From Candidatus Omnitrophota bacterium (GTDB lineage Bacteria; Omnitrophota; Gorgyraeia; Zapsychrales; Zapsychraceae), in contig JAJDCA010000071.1 of assembly GCA_029261055.1 (NCBI GenBank), forward strand, positions 25,778 to 89,777: 64,000 nucleotides of DNA. Reading direction: 5' to 3'. A program made the position numbers and the translations under genes. The notes beneath the pieces are model-generated. The model was not told the DNA's origin. It saw only the letters and a list, made by a program, of their open reading frames with translations, and did not search any database. Below, piece after piece: positions 9,224 through 18,241 of the stretch; position 1 is the stretch's first letter; each line of letters starts with the position of its first letter.

Positions 9224-9619
9224 GTGGGTTGTCTATTAGACTTGAAAGTTTTTGTTACTATTTTTGTTATTGTTATTGCTGTTTTGAGCGTCGTATTTGT
9301 TTATAAGTTTAATAATAAAGCTTCTGTAGCCCGTCAAGAATTAAACCAGGAACGTTATTCCAGGATGATTGCTGAAGAGAATATTGAAAAGAATAAGGCT
9401 GCTTTGCAATCTCTCAGAGCTGAGTTGGCGAGGGCGAAAGCTAAAGTTAAAATGACAAAAGGCGTTTTAAAGCAATCAGTGACAGTGAATAAGGGGTTGA
9501 AGGAACGGTTAGAGACTGCAGATTTAGTTAGGGAAACATTGGAACAAAAAATTATCGAGTTAGAAGAAATTGCCACTGAAGATGATATGGCAGAAGCAGT
9601 TGTCGATGAAGTGTATTAG
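9224..9619 (+). CDS. Membrane-anchored coiled-coil protein, function unknown. The start is uncertain (GTG 9224 or TTG 9242)
   Basis: N-terminal TM helix VFVTIFVIVIAVLSVVFVY followed by ~100 aa of coiled coil. Confidence 0.45.
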   Translation: MGCLLDLKVFVTIFVIVIAVLSVVFVYKFNNKASVARQELNQERYSRMIAEENIEKNKAALQSLRAELARAKAKVKMTKGVLKQSVTVNKGLKERLETADLVRETLEQKIIELEEIATEDDMAEAVVDEVY

Positions 9620-9654
9620 TTAGGGGCAGTACTTAATACAGCGTTTTACTTGCT

Positions 9655-9683
9655 GGGGGATAAATAATCCCCCTTTTTATTTA
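9655..9683 (+). terminator. Rho-independent terminator
   Basis: Hairpin GGGGGAT-aaat-AATCCCCC followed by TTTTTATTT. The T-tract abuts the uppS start at 9684. Confidence 0.7.
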
Positions 9684-10400
9684 ATGGAATACATTGATAC
9701 AGCCAAATTACCTCAGCATATTGCCATTATTATGGATGGCAATGGACGTTGGGCTAAGTCTAGAGGGCTTTCCAGGACTCAAGGGCATAGAGAAGGTGTT
9801 AAGCGCGTTGAGGAAATTGTTGAAATAGCACGGATTATGGGGGTTAAAGTTTTAACCCTATTTACATTTTCAACGGAAAATTGGCAGCGTCCGAAAAAAG
9901 AAGTGATGTTACTGATGGCTATGATTACGTCGAAATTAAATAAGAAGATTGAGAAATTAAGAAAAGTAAACATTAGATTTCAAATTATGGGGCGTACAGA
10001 CCTTATTCCAAAGGAAGTTTTAAAGGCATTAAAGGCCGGCGAGAAGAAGACAAAAAATAATAGTGGGATGATTATGAACTTGGCTTTTAACTATGGTGGT
10101 AGGATAGAAATTATTGACGCGGTAAAAAATATTGCTAAATCAGTTCAAGAGGGCGCGTTAGATGTTGAAGATATTTGCGAAGAAACCATTTCGCAAAATC
10201 TTTACACGCAAGGGTTGCCTGATCCGGATTTATTGATACGTACATCAGGAGAGCAGCGGATCAGTAATTTTCTTTTGTGGCAGTTGTCGTATGCAGAATT
10301 ATATTTTACCGATAAAAATTGGCCTGAATTTAATAAAGATGAATTTGAAAAGGCTATTTTAGATTTTCAGAGACGTGAACGACGTTTTGGGAGTGTGTAA
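9684..10400 (+). CDS. uppS: Undecaprenyl diphosphate synthase (cis-prenyltransferase)
   Basis: HIAIIMDGNGRWA and RTSGEQRISNFLLWQ motifs. Confidence 0.93.
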   Translation: MEYIDTAKLPQHIAIIMDGNGRWAKSRGLSRTQGHREGVKRVEEIVEIARIMGVKVLTLFTFSTENWQRPKKEVMLLMAMITSKLNKKIEKLRKVNIRFQIMGRTDLIPKEVLKALKAGEKKTKNNSGMIMNLAFNYGGRIEIIDAVKNIAKSVQEGALDVEDICEETISQNLYTQGLPDPDLLIRTSGEQRISNFLLWQLSYAELYFTDKNWPEFNKDEFEKAILDFQRRERRFGSV

Positions 10401-11225
10401 GTGATTAGTAAAGACCGTCTTATTAGTTCAACCGTAATGATCAGTCTGACAATTTTTGCAATTTTGTCAGAGTGGGTTTTTATGGGGGTTCTTTTGGCTT
10501 TAATTATCGGAGGCCTTTACGAATTTTTTTACTTAATTAAGAAAAAAGGTATCCCCATTTATAGTTACACGGGAATCGTCATCGGTGCGATGATTCCGTT
10601 GGCTATTTTCTTTCGATTTGAATTAACCAGAAATTGGGAGCTTTTTTTCATTGTTTTAGTTTTGCTCTTAATATTTCTTTTGCAGCTTGGGCGTAAAGAT
10701 AATGAAAATGCTATTGTCGGTATATCGACAACTTTATTTGGCGTAATGTACGTCTCATGGTTTTTTAGTTTTTTGATAAAAATTAGATTTTTATTGCCGG
10801 GTGTAGCTGGTGTGAAGTTGTTGGCTTTTATTTTATTGATTACTAAAGCCGGTGACATTGGAGCTTTGATCATTGGTAGTCGTTTTGGAAAGCATCCACT
10901 CTTGTCCCATGTAAGTCCTAATAAGACAATTGAAGGAAGTATAGGAAGTGCTGTTTTTAGTGCTTTGGCGGCTGTTTCGGCTAAATCGTTTATTCCACCA
11001 GAACTTCATTTTTCAGTCGGGCACATGGTGCTTATTGGGATTTTCTTTGGTGGGCTTGGACAATTAGGCGATATGTCAGAATCTTTGATCAAGCGTGATT
11101 GTAATGTGAAAGATTCGGGGAAAATGCTTCCGGCTTTGGGGGGCGTATTAGACGCGATTGATAGCCTCTTATTTTCGACCCCTGCATTTTATTTTTACAT
11201 GAGCGCAGTGCTTGGGATGTCTTAG
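10401..11225 (+). CDS. cdsA: Phosphatidate cytidylyltransferase
   Basis: Polytopic membrane protein with the C-terminal CTP_transf_1 signature (SESLIKRDCNVKDSGKMLPALGGVLD). GTG start abuts the uppS stop. Confidence 0.85.
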   Translation: MISKDRLISSTVMISLTIFAILSEWVFMGVLLALIIGGLYEFFYLIKKKGIPIYSYTGIVIGAMIPLAIFFRFELTRNWELFFIVLVLLLIFLLQLGRKDNENAIVGISTTLFGVMYVSWFFSFLIKIRFLLPGVAGVKLLAFILLITKAGDIGALIIGSRFGKHPLLSHVSPNKTIEGSIGSAVFSALAAVSAKSFIPPELHFSVGHMVLIGIFFGGLGQLGDMSESLIKRDCNVKDSGKMLPALGGVLDAIDSLLFSTPAFYFYMSAVLGMS

Positions 11226-11241
11226 GAATAGTCAGAATTTT

Positions 11242-12390
11242 ATGGCTCATAAAAATATTGTCATTCTGGGTTCCACGGGTTCTATTGGCGTCAATACGTT
11301 AAAAGTCATTGAGAGGTTTTCAGATAAGTTTAAAGTTGTCGGTATAACGGCTAATAATAATGTTCGTTTGCTGGAAAAGCAGATACGTGATTTTTCACCT
11401 CAATATGCGGCTGTGGGAACCAAAAATATTTCTGTATTAAAGCGGAATATTAATACAAAAAAAATAAAAATTTTAGACGCGGCTTCTGATTTAGAATGGC
11501 TGGTAGGTTTAAAGTCTGTAGATATTGTGGTGATCGGTATGTCGGGCAGTGCTGCACTTTGTCCATTCTTAAGCGCATTGCGCGCTGGGAAAAGGGTGGC
11601 AACAGCTAATAAAGAAGCTCTTGTGATTGCCGGCCATTTGATTAGGCATACGGCTAAAAAGCATAAAGCGGAAATTATTCCCGTTGATAGTGAGCAGAGC
11701 GCAATTTTTCAATGTCTTGAGGGACAATGTCGTCAAGATTTGAAAAAAGTTTATTTAACGGCTTCCGGGGGGGCACTTTTAAATGTTCCTAAAAGTCGTT
11801 TTAATCAATTATCTGTTCAGCAGATTTTGAAACATCCTCGTTGGAAGATGGGAAAGAAGATTACAGTTGATTCTGCGACGTTGATGAATAAGGGTTTTGA
11901 AGTTATTGAAGCAAAGTGGCTCTTTGATTTGGAAATGAAAGATATTCAGGTGCTGGTTCATCCAGAAGCAATTATCCATTCGATGGTAGAATTTCGGGAT
12001 GGTTCAATTATCGCGCAGTTGGGGATGACAGATATGCGGTTGCCGATTCAATATGCCATGACCTATCCTGAGCGCTGGAAGGCACCTTTAAAGAGTCTTA
12101 ATTTTGCAAAGTTAAAACAGTTGAATTTTGCTAATCCGGATTTTAAAAAATTTCCAGCATTGGCTTTAGCCATTCATGTTGGCCAAAAAGGCGGGACATT
12201 GCCGAGCGTTCTCAACGCAGCCAATGAAGAAGTAGTAGAAAGTTTTATTAACGGGAAAGTTTCATTTTCAAAAATTTACACACTTGTAGAGCGGATAGTG
12301 TTAAGACATAAAATTATTGATAAACCAAATTTAAAAGATATTCTCGCTGCGGATCAATGGGCGAGGGAGGAGGTTCAACCTTATTTATGA
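11242..12390 (+). CDS. dxr: 1-deoxy-D-xylulose 5-phosphate reductoisomerase
   Basis: ILGSTGSIG NADPH-binding motif and LANKE / conserved Dxr core. Shares uppS-cdsA-dxr-rseP synteny. Confidence 0.92.
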   Translation: MAHKNIVILGSTGSIGVNTLKVIERFSDKFKVVGITANNNVRLLEKQIRDFSPQYAAVGTKNISVLKRNINTKKIKILDAASDLEWLVGLKSVDIVVIGMSGSAALCPFLSALRAGKRVATANKEALVIAGHLIRHTAKKHKAEIIPVDSEQSAIFQCLEGQCRQDLKKVYLTASGGALLNVPKSRFNQLSVQQILKHPRWKMGKKITVDSATLMNKGFEVIEAKWLFDLEMKDIQVLVHPEAIIHSMVEFRDGSIIAQLGMTDMRLPIQYAMTYPERWKAPLKSLNFAKLKQLNFANPDFKKFPALALAIHVGQKGGTLPSVLNAANEEVVESFINGKVSFSKIYTLVERIVLRHKIIDKPNLKDILAADQWAREEVQPYL

Positions 12391-13763
12391 TTGAACACAT
12401 ATTAGCTAATCTTCAGAGTATCGGCATATTTATTATTTTTCTTGGCATTCTTATTACAGTGCACGAGTGGGGTCATTTTATTACCGCCAAGAAATTAGGT
12501 ATTAACGTGGAAGAATTTGCTTTAGGTTTTGGTCCGACACTTTTAAGTAAGCCCTACAATGGCACGAATTACATGATTAAGCTTTTTCCGTTAGGTGGTT
12601 ATGTAAAAATGGCTGGAGATGAACGGGATCGATGTAAAGGTTTGCCCGAGGAGTTTCTTTCAAAGCCGCCGGGTCATCGGGCCTTAGTGGTCCTTAACGG
12701 GCCGGTAGTGAATTTTGTGTTGGCGTATGTTTGCCTTGTGTTGGTATTTATGCTGGGATTTTCTAATCCTTCGACCGTAGTGGTTGGTATGCGTCAAGGT
12801 CTGCCGGCTCAGGTATCAGGGGTTCAGTTAGGAGATAAAATTGTAGAGGTTGACGGGCAAAAGGTATTTTATTTAAAAGAAATAATATCCCATATTGCAC
12901 AATCCACGCAAGAACAGGTGCAATTAAAAATTTTAAGAAATGGTCAGGAAATTGTAAAAAATATTGAGTCCAGAGTCGTTCATGAAAAAAATATGATTGG
13001 TCAGTATGAAGATAAGAGAACCATTGGGTTAGATGCGAATTCAAGTAAAGTTGGAGGTTTTAGTAAGGATGGTCCGGCGGAAGTTGCGGGATTTCAGGTA
13101 GGTGATCGTATTGTAGAAATCAATGGTCATGAAGTTTTTGGTTGGCAAGATTTGCAGAAGACTGTGAGTGAATCAAAGGAAAAAGCAATTACAATCAAGA
13201 TTTTACGTGAAGGTCAGGAACTTACAAAAATTGTGGCACCGGAAATTAAAAAATTGAAAACACGATCCGGTGAGGAAAAAGAGAAACGGATGATTGGTGT
13301 CGGCGCTATGCCGGAAAAATGGGTGACGCACAAATTTAATTTGTGGACGGCATTAGGGCGAGGGTATCATGAATTTGTTGATATAACAACAATGACCTAC
13401 AAAGCGCTTTATGCTATGGTGACGGGATCGATGTCTGCCCGAGAGAGTGTTGGCGGACCAGTGCTCATATTTAATATTGTTAAAGAAGCCAGTGCTTTGG
13501 GTTTTTCACATTTTCTTTTTATTCTTGGTGTGATCAGCCTTAATTTAGCCATTTTTAATCTTTTGCCCATTATTCCTTTAGATGGGGGCCATTTATTTTT
13601 ATTGGCAATAGAAAAAATTCGGGGGCGAGCGCTTTCGCCCAAGGCAGATGATTTGATCTCCCGAGTTGGTTTAAGTTTGATGATCCTTTTGGCTTTGTAT
13701 GTGTTTTACATTGATTTTGAGAGAATTGGGCTAATTAGTAAAATTAAAGGAATTTTTCACTAA
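12387..13763 (+). CDS. rseP: RIP metalloprotease (site-2 protease) with two PDZ domains
   Basis: HEWGHF zinc motif, tandem PDZ domains, and a C-terminal LDGG motif. ATG overlaps the dxr TGA. Confidence 0.9.
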   Translation: MIEHILANLQSIGIFIIFLGILITVHEWGHFITAKKLGINVEEFALGFGPTLLSKPYNGTNYMIKLFPLGGYVKMAGDERDRCKGLPEEFLSKPPGHRALVVLNGPVVNFVLAYVCLVLVFMLGFSNPSTVVVGMRQGLPAQVSGVQLGDKIVEVDGQKVFYLKEIISHIAQSTQEQVQLKILRNGQEIVKNIESRVVHEKNMIGQYEDKRTIGLDANSSKVGGFSKDGPAEVAGFQVGDRIVEINGHEVFGWQDLQKTVSESKEKAITIKILREGQELTKIVAPEIKKLKTRSGEEKEKRMIGVGAMPEKWVTHKFNLWTALGRGYHEFVDITTMTYKALYAMVTGSMSARESVGGPVLIFNIVKEASALGFSHFLFILGVISLNLAIFNLLPIIPLDGGHLFLLAIEKIRGRALSPKADDLISRVGLSLMILLALYVFYIDFERIGLISKIKGIFH

Positions 13764-13820
13764 TTAAGAGATTGGCTTAACAAATTATTTTGCCAATCTC
13801 CAACGGGTTTAATTTCCCGA
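13761..13820. repeat. Type B element copy 2, truncated, between rseP and the cpaF-like gene
   Basis: TAATTAAGAGATTGGCTTAACAAATTATTTTGCCAATCTCCAACGGGTTTAATTTCCCGA. Confidence 0.8.
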
Positions 13821-13842
13821 AAATTTTTATTGGAGAATAATC

Positions 13843-15108
13843 ATGGATGAACAATTACGAGAGAAAATTAATCGTTATTTGATTAAAGATACAGATTTTC
13901 TTAAAGTTAAAGATACCATGAACGAAGATCAGTTACGTTTGTTTGTTAATCAAGCCATTGATGATTTTAGCGCTGAGGAAACTTTGGAGTTGGATCTTGC
14001 TCAACGGATGGGATTCATCCAGGAGTTAGTCAGTGCCGTTGTGAGCATGGGGCCTATCAAATCGCTTATGGAAGACAAAACCATCACGGAAATTATGATT
14101 AATGGTGCTAAAAAAGTGTACATTCAAAGGGACGGACGGATTATCAAAACAGATATTGTATTTGAGGATGATCAGCAGCTTTTACATACGATTCAGAAAA
14201 TTCTTATTGGATCCGGATCGAATAAGCGTGTGGATGAATCATCGCCGTATGTTGATTTTTCTCTTACGGATGGCTCGCGAGTCAATGTGATTATTTCACC
14301 TTGTTCAATGGTTGGGCCGGTTATGACGATTCGTAAATTTCAAGATAATATTGCGACGGTGGATGATTTGTTGGAATTGGAAGAATTAGATAAAAGTATT
14401 GCGACTTTATTAATTGGGGCAATGAAAGCAAAATTGAATGTGATTTTTTGCGGGGCGACAGGGAGTGGTAAAACAACGGCTTTAAATGTTTTTTCTCGTC
14501 ATATCCCATCCCATGAACGTATTGTAACGATAGAAGATACTCCGGAATTAGGTTTACTTCAAGAGCACGTGGTTACGTTGGTTTCCAAGGCTTCAAACAT
14601 TGAGGGTAAAGGGGAAATTACAATTAGAGAGCTTTTTGTTAACTCTTTGCGTATGCGCCCGGATCGTATCATTATTGGAGAAATTCGTGGTGAAGAAATG
14701 TTGGATTTGATTCAATCTATTTCCAGTGGGCACAGCGGCTCGTTAGCTATTGTTCATGCTGAGAGCCCTGAAGATTGTTTTAACCGGATGGTGACGATGA
14801 TTTTGATGACAGGTATTCGCTTGAGTAATGAGGAAATTCGAAAACAAGTCGTCAAAGCCATTGATTTGATTGTGCATGTAGAGTTATTTATGGATGGAAA
14901 ACGTCGCGTGACAGCGGTCACAGAATTAGCTTATGATGAGTCAACAGGAAAAGTTACCCAGCATGATATTTTTCGATTTCAACAAAATGAAGTCAAAGAA
15001 GATGGAAACATTATTGGTGAATGGATCATGGATAAACGAAGACCTTCTTTTATTGAAAAGTATGAAAAAAGAAGAGTTATTTTACCGGAAGGTTTTTTTG
15101 AGGCATAA
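13843..15108 (+). CDS. CpaF/TadA-family secretion ATPase (VirB11 superfamily), orphan
   Basis: Walker A GATGSGKTT, IVTIEDTPEL, and RPDRIIIGEIRGEE His/Asp box typical of CpaF. Confidence 0.8.
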   Translation: MDEQLREKINRYLIKDTDFLKVKDTMNEDQLRLFVNQAIDDFSAEETLELDLAQRMGFIQELVSAVVSMGPIKSLMEDKTITEIMINGAKKVYIQRDGRIIKTDIVFEDDQQLLHTIQKILIGSGSNKRVDESSPYVDFSLTDGSRVNVIISPCSMVGPVMTIRKFQDNIATVDDLLELEELDKSIATLLIGAMKAKLNVIFCGATGSGKTTALNVFSRHIPSHERIVTIEDTPELGLLQEHVVTLVSKASNIEGKGEITIRELFVNSLRMRPDRIIIGEIRGEEMLDLIQSISSGHSGSLAIVHAESPEDCFNRMVTMILMTGIRLSNEEIRKQVVKAIDLIVHVELFMDGKRRVTAVTELAYDESTGKVTQHDIFRFQQNEVKEDGNIIGEWIMDKRRPSFIEKYEKRRVILPEGFFEA

Positions 15109-15110
15109 GC

Positions 15111-16376
15111 ATGTATTGGTCTAATTATTTTATCCCAACATTAAAAGAAATCCCGATAGGCACAGAAGCTGTCAGTCATCAGCTATCGTTGCGTGCTGGA
15201 TTAGTGCATATGCTGACTTCAGGGGTGTATTCTTATTTACCATTAGGTTTGCGTGTATTGAAACGTATTGAGGATATTATTCGTGAAGAAATGAATGCTG
15301 CCGGAGCGAGTGAGCTTTTTTTACCTTGCCTGCATCCTATGGAATTGTGGAAACAAACAGGACGTGATGAAGTTTTAAAGGATGTTATGTTCAAATTTCA
15401 AGATGGCCGTAAACGTCCGATGTGTTTAGGCCCCACGCATGAAGAAGTCATTACAGACTTGGTAAAAGGTTTTGTGCAGTCTTATCGGCAATTGCCGATT
15501 GTTTTGTATCAAATTCAGACGAAGTTTCGAGATGAATTGCGTACACGTTTTGGCATTGTGCGCGCCTGTGAATTTATTATGAAAGATGCTTACAGCTTTG
15601 ATCGTGATAAGGCAGGGTTGGAAAAAAATTATCAACGTATGTTTGAGGCGTACAAAATTATTTTTAAACGATGCGGATTAGAAACCGTTATTTTGGAAGC
15701 TGACAGCGGGGCAATGGGGGGAGATGTTTCTCACGAGTTTATGGTTCCGGCGCCTATTGGGGAAGATGCGATTGTGTCGTGCGCATCATGTGAATTTCAT
15801 GGGGGTATTAAAGAGGGGCAAGATGAAGGGGCAAATTGTCCGAAGTGTCAAAAAGGTTCCTTGCAAAAGCAGGTGACCATTGAATTAGGGCATATTTTTC
15901 AACTTGGAACCAAATACAGTGAGGCCCAGAAAGCTGTATTCTTAGATGAAGATGGGAAACAAAAACCCATGATTATGGGCTGTTACGGTATTGGGGTCAG
16001 CCGCGTGATTGCTGCCATTATCGAAAAACATAATGATGATAAAGGGATTATTTGGCCGAGTGGTGTGGCCCCTTTTGATGTAGAGATTTTACCCCTTTCT
16101 TCAAAGGACGGTGGTGAGGCCATCAAAGGATTAACGGATCAATATTATGCAGAGTTAACTAAATCTGGATGTGATGTCTTGGTTGATGATCGTCCTGAGA
16201 GCGCGGGGCGGAAGTTTAATGACGCTGATCTTATCGGGATTCCTTATCGTTTGACTATCGGGCAACGAAATTTGGCTCAAGGTAAAGTGGAAATCAAAAT
16301 ACGGGAAACAGGCGAAATGATTTTGGTAGATAAAAATGAGGCCAAACAAAAATTATTGGAAATGTTGGGTAAATAA
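15111..16376 (+). CDS. proS: Prolyl-tRNA synthetase, short form lacking the INS editing domain; a CxxC...CxxC insert is present
   Basis: Class II aaRS motifs (FRDELRTRFGIVRACEF, GCYGIGVSR) and an anticodon-binding C-terminus. Insert VSCASCEFHG...ANCPKCQKG. Confidence 0.88.
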   Translation: MYWSNYFIPTLKEIPIGTEAVSHQLSLRAGLVHMLTSGVYSYLPLGLRVLKRIEDIIREEMNAAGASELFLPCLHPMELWKQTGRDEVLKDVMFKFQDGRKRPMCLGPTHEEVITDLVKGFVQSYRQLPIVLYQIQTKFRDELRTRFGIVRACEFIMKDAYSFDRDKAGLEKNYQRMFEAYKIIFKRCGLETVILEADSGAMGGDVSHEFMVPAPIGEDAIVSCASCEFHGGIKEGQDEGANCPKCQKGSLQKQVTIELGHIFQLGTKYSEAQKAVFLDEDGKQKPMIMGCYGIGVSRVIAAIIEKHNDDKGIIWPSGVAPFDVEILPLSSKDGGEAIKGLTDQYYAELTKSGCDVLVDDRPESAGRKFNDADLIGIPYRLTIGQRNLAQGKVEIKIRETGEMILVDKNEAKQKLLEMLGK

Positions 16377-16381
16377 TAACC

Positions 16382-16840
16382 ATGGCTTGTGAGGAAATAT
16401 CTAAAATTATTGAATCTATTTTGACGCCGTTACTTGATGAATATGATCTTGAACTTTTTGAATTAAATATCAATACACATAATAAGTTTACGATGGTTGA
16501 AGTTATTGCCGATAAGGCTCGCGGCGGGGTTAATATGGGGGAGTGTGGCCGTATTAATAAAGCTCTTTCCAGAGAGATTGAAGAAAAAGAATTGATTGAA
16601 GGTAACTTTAGTGTTGATGTGTGCTCTCCAGGATTAGATCGACCTATGAAAGTTCAGAAAGATTTTGTGCGCGTTATTGGTCGAAATGCAAAATTTCATC
16701 TCACCGAACCTGTGGCAGGTAAATTGGAGCATGATGGTACAATTGAAGATGTTGAACAGGATGATGTTATTATTAAGACAAAATCTGAATCATTAAAAAT
16801 ACCGTTAGCAAAAATTAATAAAGCAGTACAAATTATTTAA
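16382..16840 (+). CDS. rimP: Ribosome maturation factor RimP
   Basis: 152 aa immediately upstream of nusA-infB, with a RimP-like N-domain. Confidence 0.75.
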   Translation: MACEEISKIIESILTPLLDEYDLELFELNINTHNKFTMVEVIADKARGGVNMGECGRINKALSREIEEKELIEGNFSVDVCSPGLDRPMKVQKDFVRVIGRNAKFHLTEPVAGKLEHDGTIEDVEQDDVIIKTKSESLKIPLAKINKAVQII

Positions 16841-16847
16841 TATTAAG

Positions 16848-16896
16848 TGACGCGTCACTAGCGACGCGACACATGAGTCGCCGCCGAAGGCGGCTT
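16848..16896. repeat. GC-rich palindromic leader element (family C, copy 1) containing GTGACGCGTCAC and GCCGCC-gaa-GGCGGC hairpins
   Basis: Shares motifs with the copies at 22461-22522 and 30856-30950. Lies in the rimP-nusA intergenic region / 5' leader. Confidence 0.6.
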
Positions 16897-16917
16897 AATT
16901 TGAGGAAGGATAGAATT

Positions 16918-18183
16918 ATGGGAAACAATGAATTATTAACAATACTGGAACAATTAGAACGTGATAAAGGCATCGAGAAAGAAATTCTTATTGAAGCTGT
17001 TGAAACAGCGGTTGCTTCTGCGGCAAGGAAACTTTGGACGGTGGATAAAGAAGAGGATATTAAGGTTGTTCTTAATCCAAAAACAGGAAAACTTACAGCG
17101 TATGCCGGGGATCAAGAAATTCGATCGACTGAGTTTGGCCGTATTGCTGCTCAAACAGCTAAACAGGTGGTGATTCAGAAAATTCGTGAGGCTGAAAAAG
17201 ATGTGGTTTTTGCGGAGTATCAGGTTAAAATCGGTGAAATTATTTCCGGGAGTGTTTATCGTTTTGATAAAGGCAATATTATTGTTGATTTAGGTAAAGC
17301 TGAGGCCTGCATTCCACGAAGAGAGCAATCAAGTCGGGAAGAATTCCGTCAAGGAGACCGTGTTCGTGTTTATGTTTTGGATGTCAGTCGGGAACACAGA
17401 GGGTCTCAGATTATTTTGTCCCGGGCACATCCTAACTTTGTTAAACGTCTTTTTGAACTGGAGGTGCCGGAAATTTATGAAGGTATCGTGGAAATAAAGT
17501 CGATAGCACGGGATGTGGGAGAGCGGACAAAGATTGCTGTTTATTCTAAGGATGAAAAGGTTGATTGTGTGGGAGCCTGTGTTGGCATGCGTGGATCGCG
17601 TGTTAAAAATATTGTTTCAGAAGTTCAGGGGGAGAAAATAGATATCGTGCGTTATTCATCAGATATCAAAGAATTTATTCAAGCGGCTTTGTCTCCTGCT
17701 GAAATTTCGCAAATTCAGCTCGATTTTGATGTCAAAAAAGCCAATATTATTGTGGATAATGATCAGTTATCTTTAGCCATTGGAAAGCACGGACAGAATG
17801 TTCGTCTTGCCAGCCAATTGGTTGGTTGGGAACTTGATCTATTTTCTTTTGAGCAATGGGAAGAAATCCAGAAGCAGCAGGCAGAAGAAGATGCTAAAGA
17901 AGAGGAAGAAAAAGCAGCAGAAGTTGTAGAGGGTGATGTAGAGGTAGAGGAAGGTTCAGAGGAAGAGGAGAATTCAGAGAGGGCTGATGAGGTTGAGGCA
18001 AATACATTGCAGGATTTGTCAGGTGTTGGAAAAAAAATGGTTGATCAATTGCAAGAGGCTGGTTTTGATTCATTAGAAAAAATTGCCGAGGCAGACACGT
18101 CGGGTTTGACACAGGTCAAAGGTTTAGGTAAAATCAAAGCTGAAAAAATGATTGGAGAAGCTAAATCATTGCTTGAGAAATAA
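16918..18183 (+). CDS. nusA: Transcription termination/antitermination factor NusA with an acidic C-terminal extension
   Basis: S1 + KH domains (GACVGMRGSRV) and HhH repeats. The ATG at 16918 follows a GGAAGGA RBS, so the ORF-track start at 16873 is upstream of the likely start. Confidence 0.92.
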   Translation: MGNNELLTILEQLERDKGIEKEILIEAVETAVASAARKLWTVDKEEDIKVVLNPKTGKLTAYAGDQEIRSTEFGRIAAQTAKQVVIQKIREAEKDVVFAEYQVKIGEIISGSVYRFDKGNIIVDLGKAEACIPRREQSSREEFRQGDRVRVYVLDVSREHRGSQIILSRAHPNFVKRLFELEVPEIYEGIVEIKSIARDVGERTKIAVYSKDEKVDCVGACVGMRGSRVKNIVSEVQGEKIDIVRYSSDIKEFIQAALSPAEISQIQLDFDVKKANIIVDNDQLSLAIGKHGQNVRLASQLVGWELDLFSFEQWEEIQKQQAEEDAKEEEEKAAEVVEGDVEVEEGSEEEENSERADEVEANTLQDLSGVGKKMVDQLQEAGFDSLEKIAEADTSGLTQVKGLGKIKAEKMIGEAKSLLEK

Positions 18184-18241
18184 TTTTGAGTCAAGGGGTA
18201 AGGTTCTATCAATCTGTGTCCCTTTAAATAAGGAATAATTT

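Noticed and set aside
16873-16917. N-terminal MSRRRRRLNLRKDRI extension on NusA
   Set aside because: This segment lies inside the GC-rich palindromic leader element. The ATG at 16918 has a proper RBS and yields the conserved NusA N-terminus.
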